A DNA stretch of 64,000 nt, taken from the NCBI GenBank assembly GCA_003176995.1, contig QHBN01000123.1:11569-75568 (forward strand). The letters are read 5' to 3'. This stretch comes from Candidatus Nitrosopolaris wilkensis. Its GTDB lineage: Archaea; Thermoproteota; Nitrososphaeria; Nitrososphaerales; Nitrososphaeraceae. The translations under genes were made by a program, and so were the position numbers. Of this stretch, positions 19,717 through 29,333 are shown in pieces (position 1 is the first letter of the stretch; each line of letters starts with the position of its first letter). Under the pieces are notes generated by a model that saw nothing but the letters and a program-made list of their open reading frames with translations, was not told where the DNA came from and did no database searches.

Positions 19717-20070
19717 CTAACCTCTTATGAAGCCTAAAACCAACCCGGCAGTGAGGCTACCGGTTAAAGGTATGCCGAAATTGCTCATTGAAGAGGCGAT
19801 ATGATCAGTGCCAGGGATGCCGCTGCGTGAAAGAAGTTGGCCCGACGTTGCATTTCCAAAGGCCGCGATAGTACTTGCTTGAATCTTGTTCCAGTTCACG
19901 GTTATTAGTTTTTGGTATTCGAGAAACACAAACGCAACAAATACTAATCCCACTATCACCAATATGACTTTTACGACTTTTTTAATTGCGTACCCAATTA
20001 GAAAACCAGTAATGCCTCCAAAGCCTACAGAAGTTGCTGTAGAGGCGAGAGAGCCAATATCGACCACCAA
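19717..20070 (-). CDS. FUN14 family membrane protein
   Basis: GGITGFLIGYAIKKV..L.Y...I.VNW..GLVLGF. Confidence 0.85.
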   Translation of the reverse strand: MVVDIGSLASTATSVGFGGITGFLIGYAIKKVVKVILVIVGLVFVAFVFLEYQKLITVNWNKIQASTIAAFGNATSGQLLSRSGIPGTDHIASSMSNFGIPLTGSLTAGLVLGFIRG

Positions 20071-20619
20071 ATTGATATCATGTAGTGTTCCTATTATTTG
20101 GCTTATAGTAACTATGGTTATTTTTCAGATAAGGATGTTGTTAAAGAAAAACACTTTAATTTTTAAGTAACGATTCGACGACAGGGCAACTATGTCGAGT
20201 TAAGGCAACTATCTACGCATATTCTATCTTTGCCGTAGAGAGGTACTTAAAAATATGCTCTGCAACAACCGAAGTACTTTGGGTTCGAAATACCTGGGAC
20301 TCCCATTTAAGAAGTATTATTTATATTAATTTCAATGAATACATAGACGATTTATGCGGCCGCCGGCGGTGTCGATGCCTTGGCAGTAGTGAGATGTATC
20401 ATTTTCGGTATGTTGATGGAGTACGGAAGGTATCGAACGAGGGCATCTCAAAAGCCACCATGCGATTAAAGAAAGAGACTAAGAGATTAAAGAGAGAGAA
20501 GATATGCCGATAAAAAGACATTCTGGTAAATCAACGATTGGAAATCACGTTAAGTTAGTTCCGTAGATAGCACAAAAGTTTTAAGACCATACAAAGTTTT
20601 AGAAGGTAGATATTCATAG

Positions 20620-21252
20620 TTGACAGAAAGACGGCAGTTCGAGGAAATAAAAGGAAAAAAATGGCAAGCTACAAAGGCAGTGGCAATAGTCCTATCTGTG
20701 ATCGAACTTGCCACAATATCTGTGATTATCATATCTTTCCAACTCGCTTATGCGCAAAATACCATCGGCGCAAATAAAGAGTTAAATAATCAAGGTTCCG
20801 TGACAGCCAGCAATGCTATTATCAACTTGAAGTTAGGTAATAAAGCGTATCCCATAAAGTATCAGATTACAGGTGGTAAGCTCGCTGGCATCTCGGCGGA
20901 GAAGGACAATACGACCCTTCTCGTAAACGTCTCATCTACATCAAATGGAAAATTAATTATTGAACTTCCCCGGGATGTTATAGACTCTAAAAAACAAGGA
21001 AATGTAGACGATAACTTCGCAGTATTTGAAGACGGTCAGTATGCGTTAGACGACGAAATAAGAACTAACGCACAGTCAAGAACGTTGATGGTTGGCTTCG
21101 ATAACGGTACATCGGTAATCGAAATCACTGGTACTCACGTAGTGCCGGAATTCGCAACCGTTGCTGTTGCAGTATTCGCAATAGCAACCATTGGAATAAT
21201 TGTTGCCACTAGTAAATACATGCCATTGCCGGTATTATTTAAAATAAAATAG
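20620..21252 (+). CDS. Secreted PEF(G)-CTERM surface protein
   Basis: N-terminal signal/TM ending AYAQ, LIIELPR.VIDS, IEITGT and C-terminal VPEF + TM + K. Confidence 0.82.
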   Translation: MTERRQFEEIKGKKWQATKAVAIVLSVIELATISVIIISFQLAYAQNTIGANKELNNQGSVTASNAIINLKLGNKAYPIKYQITGGKLAGISAEKDNTTLLVNVSSTSNGKLIIELPRDVIDSKKQGNVDDNFAVFEDGQYALDDEIRTNAQSRTLMVGFDNGTSVIEITGTHVVPEFATVAVAVFAIATIGIIVATSKYMPLPVLFKIK

Positions 21253-21430
21253 CTTAACCTATCTTCCCTCTTTTTGGAATCAGACTATCTCAACAACGAT
21301 GGGACGTCATCATTTAGAGTTGACGAATGAATCGTAAGCCTGGATGGTTTTTCTTGGGGAAAAATGACTTGGAATAGTTCGCAAGTCAACACACTAACTT
21401 AAATCTGCGTTTACACTTACCTCTCAGTGC

Positions 21431-21760
21431 TTGTCCAGAATTGGAGCAGTCGGCGGAAAATATGCGATGAGGAGGATGGGCTATCGAGGGTCATCAATGG
21501 TCAATATTTGCGACTTGGAATTGATAGGGACACAAATCGAACAAGATAAATATGTCATCTATCTTACAAAAGAATACTTTCAACAAGAGATAATTGAAGA
21601 TTTAGTCGCGGAAAAACTATTGTTGGATTGTTCGATTGCGAATTTAGTTGGCCACAGAATTGTTGATCGTGCAATAAAATTAAAACTTGCAAAAGAAGCG
21701 AGTATAAAAAGAATTTCAGGAGTACCTTTCTTGATGATTTATAAATTCCAGTATGGATAA
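21431..21760 (+). CDS. DUF424 family protein
   Basis: ICD.ELIG, IANLVG..IV, ISGVPFLMI. Confidence 0.82.
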   Translation: MSRIGAVGGKYAMRRMGYRGSSMVNICDLELIGTQIEQDKYVIYLTKEYFQQEIIEDLVAEKLLLDCSIANLVGHRIVDRAIKLKLAKEASIKRISGVPFLMIYKFQYG

Positions 21761-21804
21761 CAAATGCGTAAAGGTTAACACTAGATCCGACCAGGAGACA
21801 GATA

Positions 21805-22377
21805 TTGAAAATGAGCTTTGAACAAATAATCAAAATTCCTCAAGATAGAATAGGTGTAATTATCGGCAAAGGGGGGAGAGTGAAAGAAGAAATTGAGCAA
21901 AAATGCAATGTCATAATTGAAATAGATGGCGAGAATGGTGATGCACTCGTTTCTTCCAGCCCATCTCCCTTAACCAATGCGGAACCATTTAAGGCGATAG
22001 AAATAATTTTGGCCATTTCGAAGGGATTTTCACCCGAACGTGCATATCGCTTACTGGCCGAGGATTTGCTGCAGCTCATGGATATTAGAGATTATGCAGG
22101 TAAATCAGCCAATTCGATGCAGAGAATCAAAGGACGAATTATAGGCAAAGCAGGAAAGTCCAGGAAAACGATAGAAGAGTTGACTGGGGCGTACGTCTCA
22201 GTATATGGACATACTGTTGGTTTGATCGGCTCATTTCAAGAAATTAGAATGGGCATCGAGGCAATATCCATGCTCTCTAAGGGTAGCTCACACAAAAGTG
22301 TGTACAACATGCTACAAGCAGCAAGACGAAAGGCAAAGTATGATAAAATGAAATTATGGGAAGAAAATTCTCAATAA
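21805..22377 (+). CDS. KH-domain rRNA-processing protein (Dim2/Pno1 family)
   Basis: RIGVIIGKGG, GFSPERA, KGRIIGKAG, GSSHKSVY. Confidence 0.92.
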   Translation: MKMSFEQIIKIPQDRIGVIIGKGGRVKEEIEQKCNVIIEIDGENGDALVSSSPSPLTNAEPFKAIEIILAISKGFSPERAYRLLAEDLLQLMDIRDYAGKSANSMQRIKGRIIGKAGKSRKTIEELTGAYVSVYGHTVGLIGSFQEIRMGIEAISMLSKGSSHKSVYNMLQAARRKAKYDKMKLWEENSQ

Positions 22378-22799
22378 TCAACTTTGTTGATTTTTATGGT
22401 AAGTATGCCATTTCGATATTTAAAATCCGATATATACATCTCTTCAGTTAGATCGAGTGGAATAGTCTTGGAAAAATTCTGACCACTTTTCACGTGAAGG
22501 GTTCCAATTGTTAACCTAATATCAATCTGTTCTTCTGGTCCAGGGACTTCGGCTACAAATACCATTTCATTTTTATTCTTTATCAGATCATAAACCCAGT
22601 CCTTCGTGTCACCATCCCCTGGCAATGGTTTTGAATCCTCGTCTTTCACTGTTCGTTTCAATTCTCTGACCCAATAAATCATCAAAACAGACGCTGCCGA
22701 AACCAGTAGGAACCCAGAATAACTTTGGTTTATTCGTGTTATTAAGATATACATTACTCCGAGAAACAGCAAACTCAACAGAGGAATGAAAAAATCCAT
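22371..22799 (-). CDS. Membrane-anchored Hsp20/alpha-crystallin-like protein
   Basis: Two N-terminal TM helices, then YDLI..FVAEVPG..YRNGILTIKI. Confidence 0.72.
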   Translation of the reverse strand: MDFFIPLLSLLFLGVMYILITRINQSYSGFLLVSAASVLMIYWVRELKRTVKDEDSKPLPGDGDTKDWVYDLIKNKNEMVFVAEVPGPEEQIDIRLTIGTLHVKSGQNFSKTIPLDLTEEMYISDFKYRNGILTIKINKVDY

Positions 22800-22999
22800 T
22801 GAGCGATCTGTAGAGTATTTTTTTGTGTATCGTGCTATTCCATACCACCGTCCGCTAGTCTGTACTATAGAAAGTGTAATAAATCCCTTGAGATTACCAT
22901 GAGCCCGACCATATATATCAATCGTGAAATTAGCATAGGAGTCCTAACAGAGCAACCATTAAAACTGCCTGGTTTAGTAGTTGCCAAGAAATGCTACGG

Positions 23000-23560
23000 T
23001 CAACCCGCTTCTCCCCATCTCGTGAAAATATTGTGTTCGATGCCAAACTGGTCTAGGATCTTGCCTACGATATGAGCTATCAGGTCATCCATGGATTTTG
23101 GTCTATGATAAAATCCTGGCATCGCAGGCAAAACTATGACTCCTATGTCTGCAAGCCTTGTCATATTTTGCAAATGAATCTTTGATAGGGGTGTTTCTCT
23201 TGGAACAATCACTAGCCTCCTTGATTCCTTAATGCAGACTCCGGCTGCGCGAGAAACCAGATTATCGTCATATCCATTTGCAATACTAGACAAGGTTTTC
23301 ATACTACACGGAACAATAGCCATCCCGTCAGTTTTAAAGGAGCCGCTGGAGATTGGAGCGGCCATGTTGTCATTGTTGTAATGTCTAGTGGCAAGAGACT
23401 TCACAGATTCAAGAGATCTATCGGTTTCGATTTGAACGTTTCTTTCTCCCCATTGACTAATTATCAAATGGGTCTCGATCTTTATTTTAAGTAGAGCCTC
23501 CATCACTTTGATCCCGTAGATTACACCTGAACTGCCTGTTATTGCCACTATTAATCGCAT
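23000..23560 (-). CDS. ubiX: Flavin prenyltransferase UbiX
   Basis: ITGSSG, SSGS, PCSMKTL, RETP, PAMPGFY. Confidence 0.93.
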   Translation of the reverse strand: MRLIVAITGSSGVIYGIKVMEALLKIKIETHLIISQWGERNVQIETDRSLESVKSLATRHYNNDNMAAPISSGSFKTDGMAIVPCSMKTLSSIANGYDDNLVSRAAGVCIKESRRLVIVPRETPLSKIHLQNMTRLADIGVIVLPAMPGFYHRPKSMDDLIAHIVGKILDQFGIEHNIFTRWGEAG

Positions 23561-23691
23561 TCGTCGTCAGGAGATCGGTTACACTCGTTATTAACCACTA
23601 TGTTTTCTGAGTAATCTTTTGAATGCAAACTTTACGGGAACTTGTTTTTCTTAAAATTTATTAGTTTTGATGAATAAACTTCCGCAGACAT

Positions 23692-24588
23692 ATGTTAACC
23701 GTGTTCGGAACGATAGCCTTAGACACTACTCGTACTCCTTTCAAGACCGAAACAAAGATTTTGGGGGGAGCAGCCACCTTCGCATCCCTTTCCTCCAGCA
23801 TGTTCACCAATACTTCAATAGTTGGCATAGTTGGGTCAGATTTTCCAGCAGAGTACCGAACCATCATTGACAAGCGAGTTGATACAAGAGGTATTGTCAC
23901 TGAGAATGGTGGAAAAACTTTCCATTATGATTCTTCCTTCGATTACGATCTATCTCATAGAACCTCCAATAAGACGGAGTTGAATGTGATCGCACAATTC
24001 GAACCAGTAATTCCCGATGAATATATGAAGTCTGAATATATTTATCTAGCCAACAACGATCCACGTCAAAATATGAAGATACTAGAATACTTCTCCGATC
24101 CTAAACTGGTAGTCTGTGACACAATAGAATACTGGATCTTGAACTGCCACGATAATGTAGTAAAGATGATGAGTGCTGTAGATGGAGTAGTAATTAATGA
24201 CGATGAGGCCAGATTACTATGTAAAAACACAAACCTAGTGAAATGCGCAAAAACAATAATTTCGTGGGGGCCACGGTTTGTAATTATTAAAAAAGGAGAA
24301 CATGGATCATTATTGATCGCAGAAAATATAGTGTTTCCTGCTCCAGCATTTCCGTTAGAAGAGATAGTGGATCCTACGGGCGCCGGAGACGCTTTTGCAG
24401 GCGGCTTCATAGGATATATTGCAAAGCAAAACAGTCTGACCTTCAATACGATGAAGGAAGGAGTAGTATATGGAAATGTAATGGGCTCATTTGCTGTTGA
24501 GGATTTTGGCATTAGAAGACTCCTCTCGGTTACCCAAGATGATGTTCAGATGAGATACCGAGAATATCGGAATCTAGTTCAATTCTAA
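23692..24588 (+). CDS. PfkB family carbohydrate/nucleoside kinase
   Basis: GGAA, INDDEAR, KKGEHG, DPTGAGDAFAGG. Confidence 0.9.
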   Translation: MLTVFGTIALDTTRTPFKTETKILGGAATFASLSSSMFTNTSIVGIVGSDFPAEYRTIIDKRVDTRGIVTENGGKTFHYDSSFDYDLSHRTSNKTELNVIAQFEPVIPDEYMKSEYIYLANNDPRQNMKILEYFSDPKLVVCDTIEYWILNCHDNVVKMMSAVDGVVINDDEARLLCKNTNLVKCAKTIISWGPRFVIIKKGEHGSLLIAENIVFPAPAFPLEEIVDPTGAGDAFAGGFIGYIAKQNSLTFNTMKEGVVYGNVMGSFAVEDFGIRRLLSVTQDDVQMRYREYRNLVQF

Positions 24589-24841
24589 ATATGTGTTGTA
24601 CCATAGTATGAAAAATAGTAAAACAGAACTAGGAGTCATGAAGTAGCACCGAAAATTGGGGATGTAATGGCCGTATGGTCCACAGAACTGCACCATAGAT
24701 GAGTTAGACCTCTTATGGTCGGACCCATTGGCGTCAAGCAGTGGCTCATGATAAGTAAAATTTATTTCACGTGCCTAAGATACTGACTGAGGGCCGTTAG
24801 CAGATGTCGATACATTTTACTTGTAGCAAACAGGGTTACTT

Positions 24842-25465
24842 ATGATTTGTCCGGATCGCTCTTTTTATGATCGGTCTACTGAGCTTGTGGCCAAGGAATT
24901 GCTTGGTAACAAAGTGGTCCGTATAATCTCCCGTGGTCAGGAAAAGTCCAAGCGACTCTGTGGCATAATTATTGAAACGGAGGCATACGGCTTTAACGAA
25001 GATGCTGCCAGTCATGCATTTAGAGGTTTAACGCTTAGAAACGCTGTAATGTTCGGAGAACCGGGTAGAGCATATATTTATTTTATTTACGGTAATCATT
25101 TTTGCTTGAATGTTTCAGCAAAGCCTCTTGAAATTGAAGCTGGTGCCGTACTGATCAGAGCATTACAACCAGTAGAGGGCATTAGGCCGATGAAAATTTT
25201 TCGTAGAAATTGTGAAGAATTATCATTGACATCTGGACCTGGGAAGCTCAGTCAAGCACTTAACATCCAACAGTCATTGAATGGCGAAGATATGACAGAT
25301 CCGAAGAGTGATATACACATAGAATTTGGAGTCAAGCCTCCAGGTATAAGAGCAACCAAAAGGATTGGAACGTCGAAGGGATTAGACAAAAAATGGCGTT
25401 TTGTCTCACTAGCTATGAGCGAAAAAGGATATACTACAAACAGGTTCGCGTCTAGAAGATGGTGA
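24842..25465 (+). CDS. mpg: DNA-3-methyladenine glycosylase (MPG/AAG family)
   Basis: IIETEAY, YIYFIYG.H.CLN, AVLIRA, GPGKL.QAL, RIG..WRF. Confidence 0.92.
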   Translation: MICPDRSFYDRSTELVAKELLGNKVVRIISRGQEKSKRLCGIIIETEAYGFNEDAASHAFRGLTLRNAVMFGEPGRAYIYFIYGNHFCLNVSAKPLEIEAGAVLIRALQPVEGIRPMKIFRRNCEELSLTSGPGKLSQALNIQQSLNGEDMTDPKSDIHIEFGVKPPGIRATKRIGTSKGLDKKWRFVSLAMSEKGYTTNRFASRRW

Positions 25466-25698
25466 TCTAAGAATGAAATCTGACTTCCAGCCAATGACGT
25501 GGCGTGGGAAATGTAAGCAAGAAATCCTAGCTAGTCAACAATAAATTATGAAGCATATTATATTTATCCTTAATGAGCAGCAGGTAGTCTTCAATTAGAG
25601 ACTACAGCAGGATGCCAGACCTGATCCATTTGATAGAAAAATTTACTACAGCAATTACTCAATGTCCTTTTATCGGCATACAACGTTCTCTTTCTCTA

Positions 25699-25965
25699 GT
25701 GAAATATAGGAGTAGAACTGATATAGCGGCACTGATTTTGGAAGCAGCGAATGGTGGTGCAGCGAAGACAAAAATAATGTATAGAGCCTTTCTTTCCTAT
25801 GCTCAATTAAAGGAGTATTTAGCCGTGCTACTTGAAAATGGTCTAATAGAATATAGTAAAGCAGAACGGATCTACAGGATAACGCAGAAGGGTATGCGTT
25901 TTGTACAGCTCTATAACCAAGTTGGAGAATTGATCTCCACTGGAGAAAGAATAATCGAAACTTGA
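25699..25965 (+). CDS. Small winged-HTH transcription regulator
   Basis: VKYRSRTDI..IL..KTKIMY.A.LSY.QLKEYL..Y.IT.KG; GTG start at 25699 preferred. Confidence 0.85.
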   Translation: MKYRSRTDIAALILEAANGGAAKTKIMYRAFLSYAQLKEYLAVLLENGLIEYSKAERIYRITQKGMRFVQLYNQVGELISTGERIIET

Positions 25966-26041
25966 TCTAGTGTTTTAAGTAGTAACTCGCACTATTACTT
26001 AACACAATATCCTTGATATAATCTCTATTCTTTATTGCTGA

Positions 26042-26695
26042 TTAGAATGTAAAGGAACTCATCCCGATTTGTGTCCCAAGACCAGAAAAGATTAGAATGT
26101 TAACCACCAAAACCGCCAATACTGTTAATGCAGATAACATTATTCCTCTGTATCCGTTGGGAAGAATTTGTCTTTTTAACATTACAACAAAAGAAATAGA
26201 AAGGAGCGCAGCGATGGAAAGCGAAGAGATCATGGTGGCATTTGCGATCATTTTCGCGGCTGTGGATAAGTTGGGAAAAATTATATGGAAATTCTCAAAT
26301 AAGCCGACGGGGACAAGGATAATAACCAGTCCAAGAACGAATACCGATGAATATTCACTAATGAATGCTCCGACGGGACCAATCTGCTTGACATTCCGTC
26401 CAATCTGAGCCTCAGAGGCACCAAATGGAACCTCATGGGTCTTATAGGTCGGAGAAGAGGAAGATTTGCTATCAAGTTCGCGAAGCATTTGTAAGCCCTC
26501 CTGAGTAAGAGTATAATGTTTTGAGTCCTTATTAACATAATTTCCCATCCTGTCCAGATGGTAATAGATGGAACCGGTAGAAAGGCCGGTCGCATTTCTA
26601 ATTTCTGAGAAACATGCCGATCCGTTCTTATCCGCGATCGCCCGCAAGATTTTGATTCTTGTCCGTCTAGCCCGAAGCTGAGTCTCTCCAGTCAA
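26042..26695 (-). CDS. Winged-HTH protein with C-terminal transmembrane helices
   Basis: RIKILRAI..FSEI..LSTGSIYYHL..YTLTQEG followed by 3 TM segments. Confidence 0.75.
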   Translation of the reverse strand: MTGETQLRARRTRIKILRAIADKNGSACFSEIRNATGLSTGSIYYHLDRMGNYVNKDSKHYTLTQEGLQMLRELDSKSSSSPTYKTHEVPFGASEAQIGRNVKQIGPVGAFISEYSSVFVLGLVIILVPVGLFENFHIIFPNLSTAAKMIANATMISSLSIAALLSISFVVMLKRQILPNGYRGIMLSALTVLAVLVVNILIFSGLGTQIGMSSFTF

Positions 26696-26822
26696 TGTCG
26701 TTGATATATCCCAAAATTATTTATCTCTTTCTGAAACAACTCGAAGTAAGACGCCCTATCCTGGAACAAGCTCGGAAGACTTATAGAGATATATCATCAT
26801 GATATTTACCGGATGCCACTGT

Positions 26823-26959
26823 GGGGTCGTAGCGAAGCCCGGCATCGCAACGGGCTCCAGATCTAACGAATATAAGGCTAGGATTAGAAGAAACCCGTGG
26901 GTCAAGGGTTCAATTGACTATAAGTCTGCGCTTGGTCAGGATAAATCCCTTCGGCCCCA
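26823..26959 (+). tRNA. tRNA-Trp(CCA) with two introns (37/38: 26861-26892; 58/59: 26914-26944)
   Basis: Acceptor GGGGTCG/CGGCCCC, D stem GCGA/TCGC, anticodon stem ACGGG/CCCGT with CT-CCA-G, T stem AAGGG/CCCTT. The T-loop intron forms a bulge-helix-bulge. No encoded CCA. Confidence 0.92.
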
Positions 26960-27003
26960 CTTCATTATAGCAGCATCTACTTTAGGGCGGCAGGATACAC
27001 ACA

Positions 27004-27312
27004 TTAATGAGTTTGATGGATGCACTTTGACAGTTCGATATGGGAACCAAAACTATTATTTGCTTCTGGTATGTGTCTTTCGATTGCTCGGTAAGCTGAA
27101 TCAACAAAGACTTTTGCGGGATCCTCCTTTCTGACAAACTTCAAAAGCTTTTTCTTTGCAGAACCTAACTTTTCAAAGTAAATGATAGAACTTTCCTCTA
27201 TGATTGAATCCGCATCTGCGCACGTTACACCGAACCTGATCAGATGAGCTTCCAACTTGGCTGCAAAATGAGCAAAATGCACAGAGTATGCACCACTATC
27301 ATATTCAGTCAC
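27004..27312 (-). CDS. Hypothetical protein
   Basis: 102-aa ORF with natural helical composition. Confidence 0.65.
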   Translation of the reverse strand: MTEYDSGAYSVHFAHFAAKLEAHLIRFGVTCADADSIIEESSIIYFEKLGSAKKKLLKFVRKEDPAKVFVDSAYRAIERHIPEANNSFGSHIELSKCIHQTH

Positions 27313-27417
27313 TCCAACTTCACCCGAGTTATTAAGTAGGCTGTAACTAGCTTTTTAACATTCCACATGACGATGTTTGAACGTTATGGATTTGCTCAGG
27401 TTTATCTTGTCCAGATA

Positions 27418-27687
27418 CTATGGCATACCATTTTCTGCCTTTCTAGACTTGTATTGATACCATGATCCAAATCTAATTAATGCTACTCCTGCTGCAATTA
27501 TGACGAGAGAGGTTGCTAGGAAAACCGGTTTAACGAAAGAGTTAAGGGGGCTGGGTGCAGAAGAAGTAAACGTGCATTTCCGCTCATGACAGTTCTTGAC
27601 AATAGGATAGACAAGCAAAATGGCCGCTAGGGTAACGAGTAGTATGGCTCCGACCGAAGAGAGAATAGCCCCGAATTTTATGAACAA
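27418..27687 (-). CDS. Small two-TM membrane protein
   Basis: Two hydrophobic helices flanking a CxxxxC loop. Confidence 0.6.
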   Translation of the reverse strand: MFIKFGAILSSVGAILLVTLAAILLVYPIVKNCHERKCTFTSSAPSPLNSFVKPVFLATSLVIIAAGVALIRFGSWYQYKSRKAENGMP

Positions 27688-27744
27688 CGTTAACCTCAGC
27701 TATATACATGGCTGTGCAGAGATACATAATTGTTCTCTATATCG

Positions 27745-28344
27745 TCAATGAATATGCTTTACATCAATCGTTACATATCGATAGGAACTTTCCTTGAGGA
27801 CTATTCTAAATCGTTCATTGTAGTAAATGTACGGTAGATCCTTGTGAACATGACGATCCCACAGATCATGGATTGAATCAAAATATTCCTTTCTCTTCTT
27901 CCCTAGCACTCGTAACACTTCGTGACATAACACATGAGAGAGCTTTGCGCAGTTCATATCAGCAAAGAACTTAACTCGCTTAGAGTCTGAAACAGGCGCT
28001 TCCAGTCTCTTCCAATAAATCATTCCAAAATTTTCCGCGGCATATCCTTCGGTCTGACAGTCTGTCCAGAAAGGCTTGAAGTATGTCAAATAAAAATGGT
28101 AAACTGATTTACCACGTTCAAGGTGATCCCTACTAAGATAACTTATGGACATTCTATCAAACAGCTTACCCGGAATCACAGGTAGGATTTCAGCTTCCAC
28201 GTTGAAATCTAGCTCAAAATTGCGTTTAATCCACCAGCGGTAAAATCTAGACATCGATGAAACGTAATCCCAATCCTCACTCTGCCTTTTCTCCCATTCT
28301 TCGTTTTTTGCAACGTAGATGAAGAACAGTTTTTCAGGGTGCAC
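27745..28344 (-). CDS. Hypothetical protein with zincin-like HxxxHE motif
   Basis: 199-aa ORF; SHVLCHEVLR, PFWTDC. Confidence 0.7.
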   Translation of the reverse strand: MHPEKLFFIYVAKNEEWEKRQSEDWDYVSSMSRFYRWWIKRNFELDFNVEAEILPVIPGKLFDRMSISYLSRDHLERGKSVYHFYLTYFKPFWTDCQTEGYAAENFGMIYWKRLEAPVSDSKRVKFFADMNCAKLSHVLCHEVLRVLGKKRKEYFDSIHDLWDRHVHKDLPYIYYNERFRIVLKESSYRYVTIDVKHIH

Positions 28345-28516
28345 GCATGTATTTTTAACGTAGATGTATATAATGCAATATTACAATATTACACTCGAGT
28401 CTCTCAGTCATGATGATGTTTATTATTATGATTATGATGTGTTTTCCAAGTCATTTTTGTTCCCTTAGCGATAAGTTCTTAATGCGGCCTACGTAAATTC
28501 AAAACGGTGTAACTTA

Positions 28517-28918
28517 GTGATGCTCACCAAGCTGGGAGCGATAATTCTCTTAGTGGCAGATATGAAAAAATCTATAGAATTCTATAAAGGTATTCTCGAA
28601 CTTCCTTTGAAGCATCAATCGGAAGATTGGACTGAATTTTTCAGCAATGGTACCATTTTGGCTTTACACCCGGCAAAAAAGACAGAAAAAACAAAAGCTG
28701 CTCCAACTATACTGGTAGGTTTTATGGTAAACGATCTTGACACTACTGTTAAACGATTAAAAGAAAAGAATGTAAAATTTTTCAAAGAACCTAGAGAAGA
28801 ACCATTTGGAAAACATGCCATATTTGTAGATCCTGACGAGCACTTGATCTCAATTGTGCAATTTGAGGCAAAATCTGCTGAAGGGTTTGATCTATTAGGT
28901 TTAATAGGTGCTGAATAA
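28517..28918 (+). CDS. VOC/glyoxalase family protein
   Basis: V.D...S..FY..LEL, F.V.DLD, EPFG..A.F.DPD. Confidence 0.9.
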   Translation: MMLTKLGAIILLVADMKKSIEFYKGILELPLKHQSEDWTEFFSNGTILALHPAKKTEKTKAAPTILVGFMVNDLDTTVKRLKEKNVKFFKEPREEPFGKHAIFVDPDEHLISIVQFEAKSAEGFDLLGLIGAE

Positions 28919-28985
28919 AGTAGTCTGTGATATAACAGGCATATCTAGAGCAAGGTTAATTTGACCCTCCGACACTAATACCAGT

Positions 28986-29104
28986 AAGCCGGTCATAGAG
29001 GCAGGGTGCGACCCGGTCCCATTCCGAACCCGGAAGTCAAACCTGTCTTCGCTGCTGTGTTACTTACCTGCGTGAGCGGTTGGGAAGCAGCAGTGCTGGC
29101 GCTT
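28986..29104 (+). rRNA. rrf: 5S ribosomal RNA (stand-alone)
   Basis: GCCGGTCATAG...ACCCGGTCCCATTCCGAACCCGGAAGTCAA...GGGAAGCAGCAGTGCTGGC; terminal helix GCCGGT/GCTGGC. Confidence 0.93.
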
Positions 29105-29333
29105 GATTTGATCCATATTTTAATGAAGACGCAGCGAGTTAAGTTCGTCAAAGTGGGTTTTACAGCTAAAACATCTAATTTTCCAATTTTTGTCTGAAAA
29201 AAGTTAGGCATTAATACCTGGATGGACATCGAAATATATACAATCACCAACTTGACTCGCATTTAGTAATACTTTGCTTTTGTGGCGTAAACCAATTATT
29301 TCGAACAACAATCTGGACATGAACCATTTAAGG

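Noticed and set aside
20335-20469. Signal-peptide-like decayed ORF (MNT*TIYAAAGGVDALAVV..)
   Set aside because: Too short and degenerate to support.
26940-26960. tRNA-Trp as an integration site (att repeat)
   Set aside because: I noticed no second copy of the tRNA 3' end and no integrase in the window (checked by eye only).
26799-27134. 111-aa plus-strand ORF
   Set aside because: Overlaps tRNA-Trp and an antisense gene; spurious.
28405-28445. C/D-box sRNA candidate (ATGATGA)
   Set aside because: Low-complexity ATG/ATT repeat with no downstream CTGA D box.
28993-29262. ORFs on both strands over the 5S region
   Set aside because: Shadow ORFs of the 5S rRNA.
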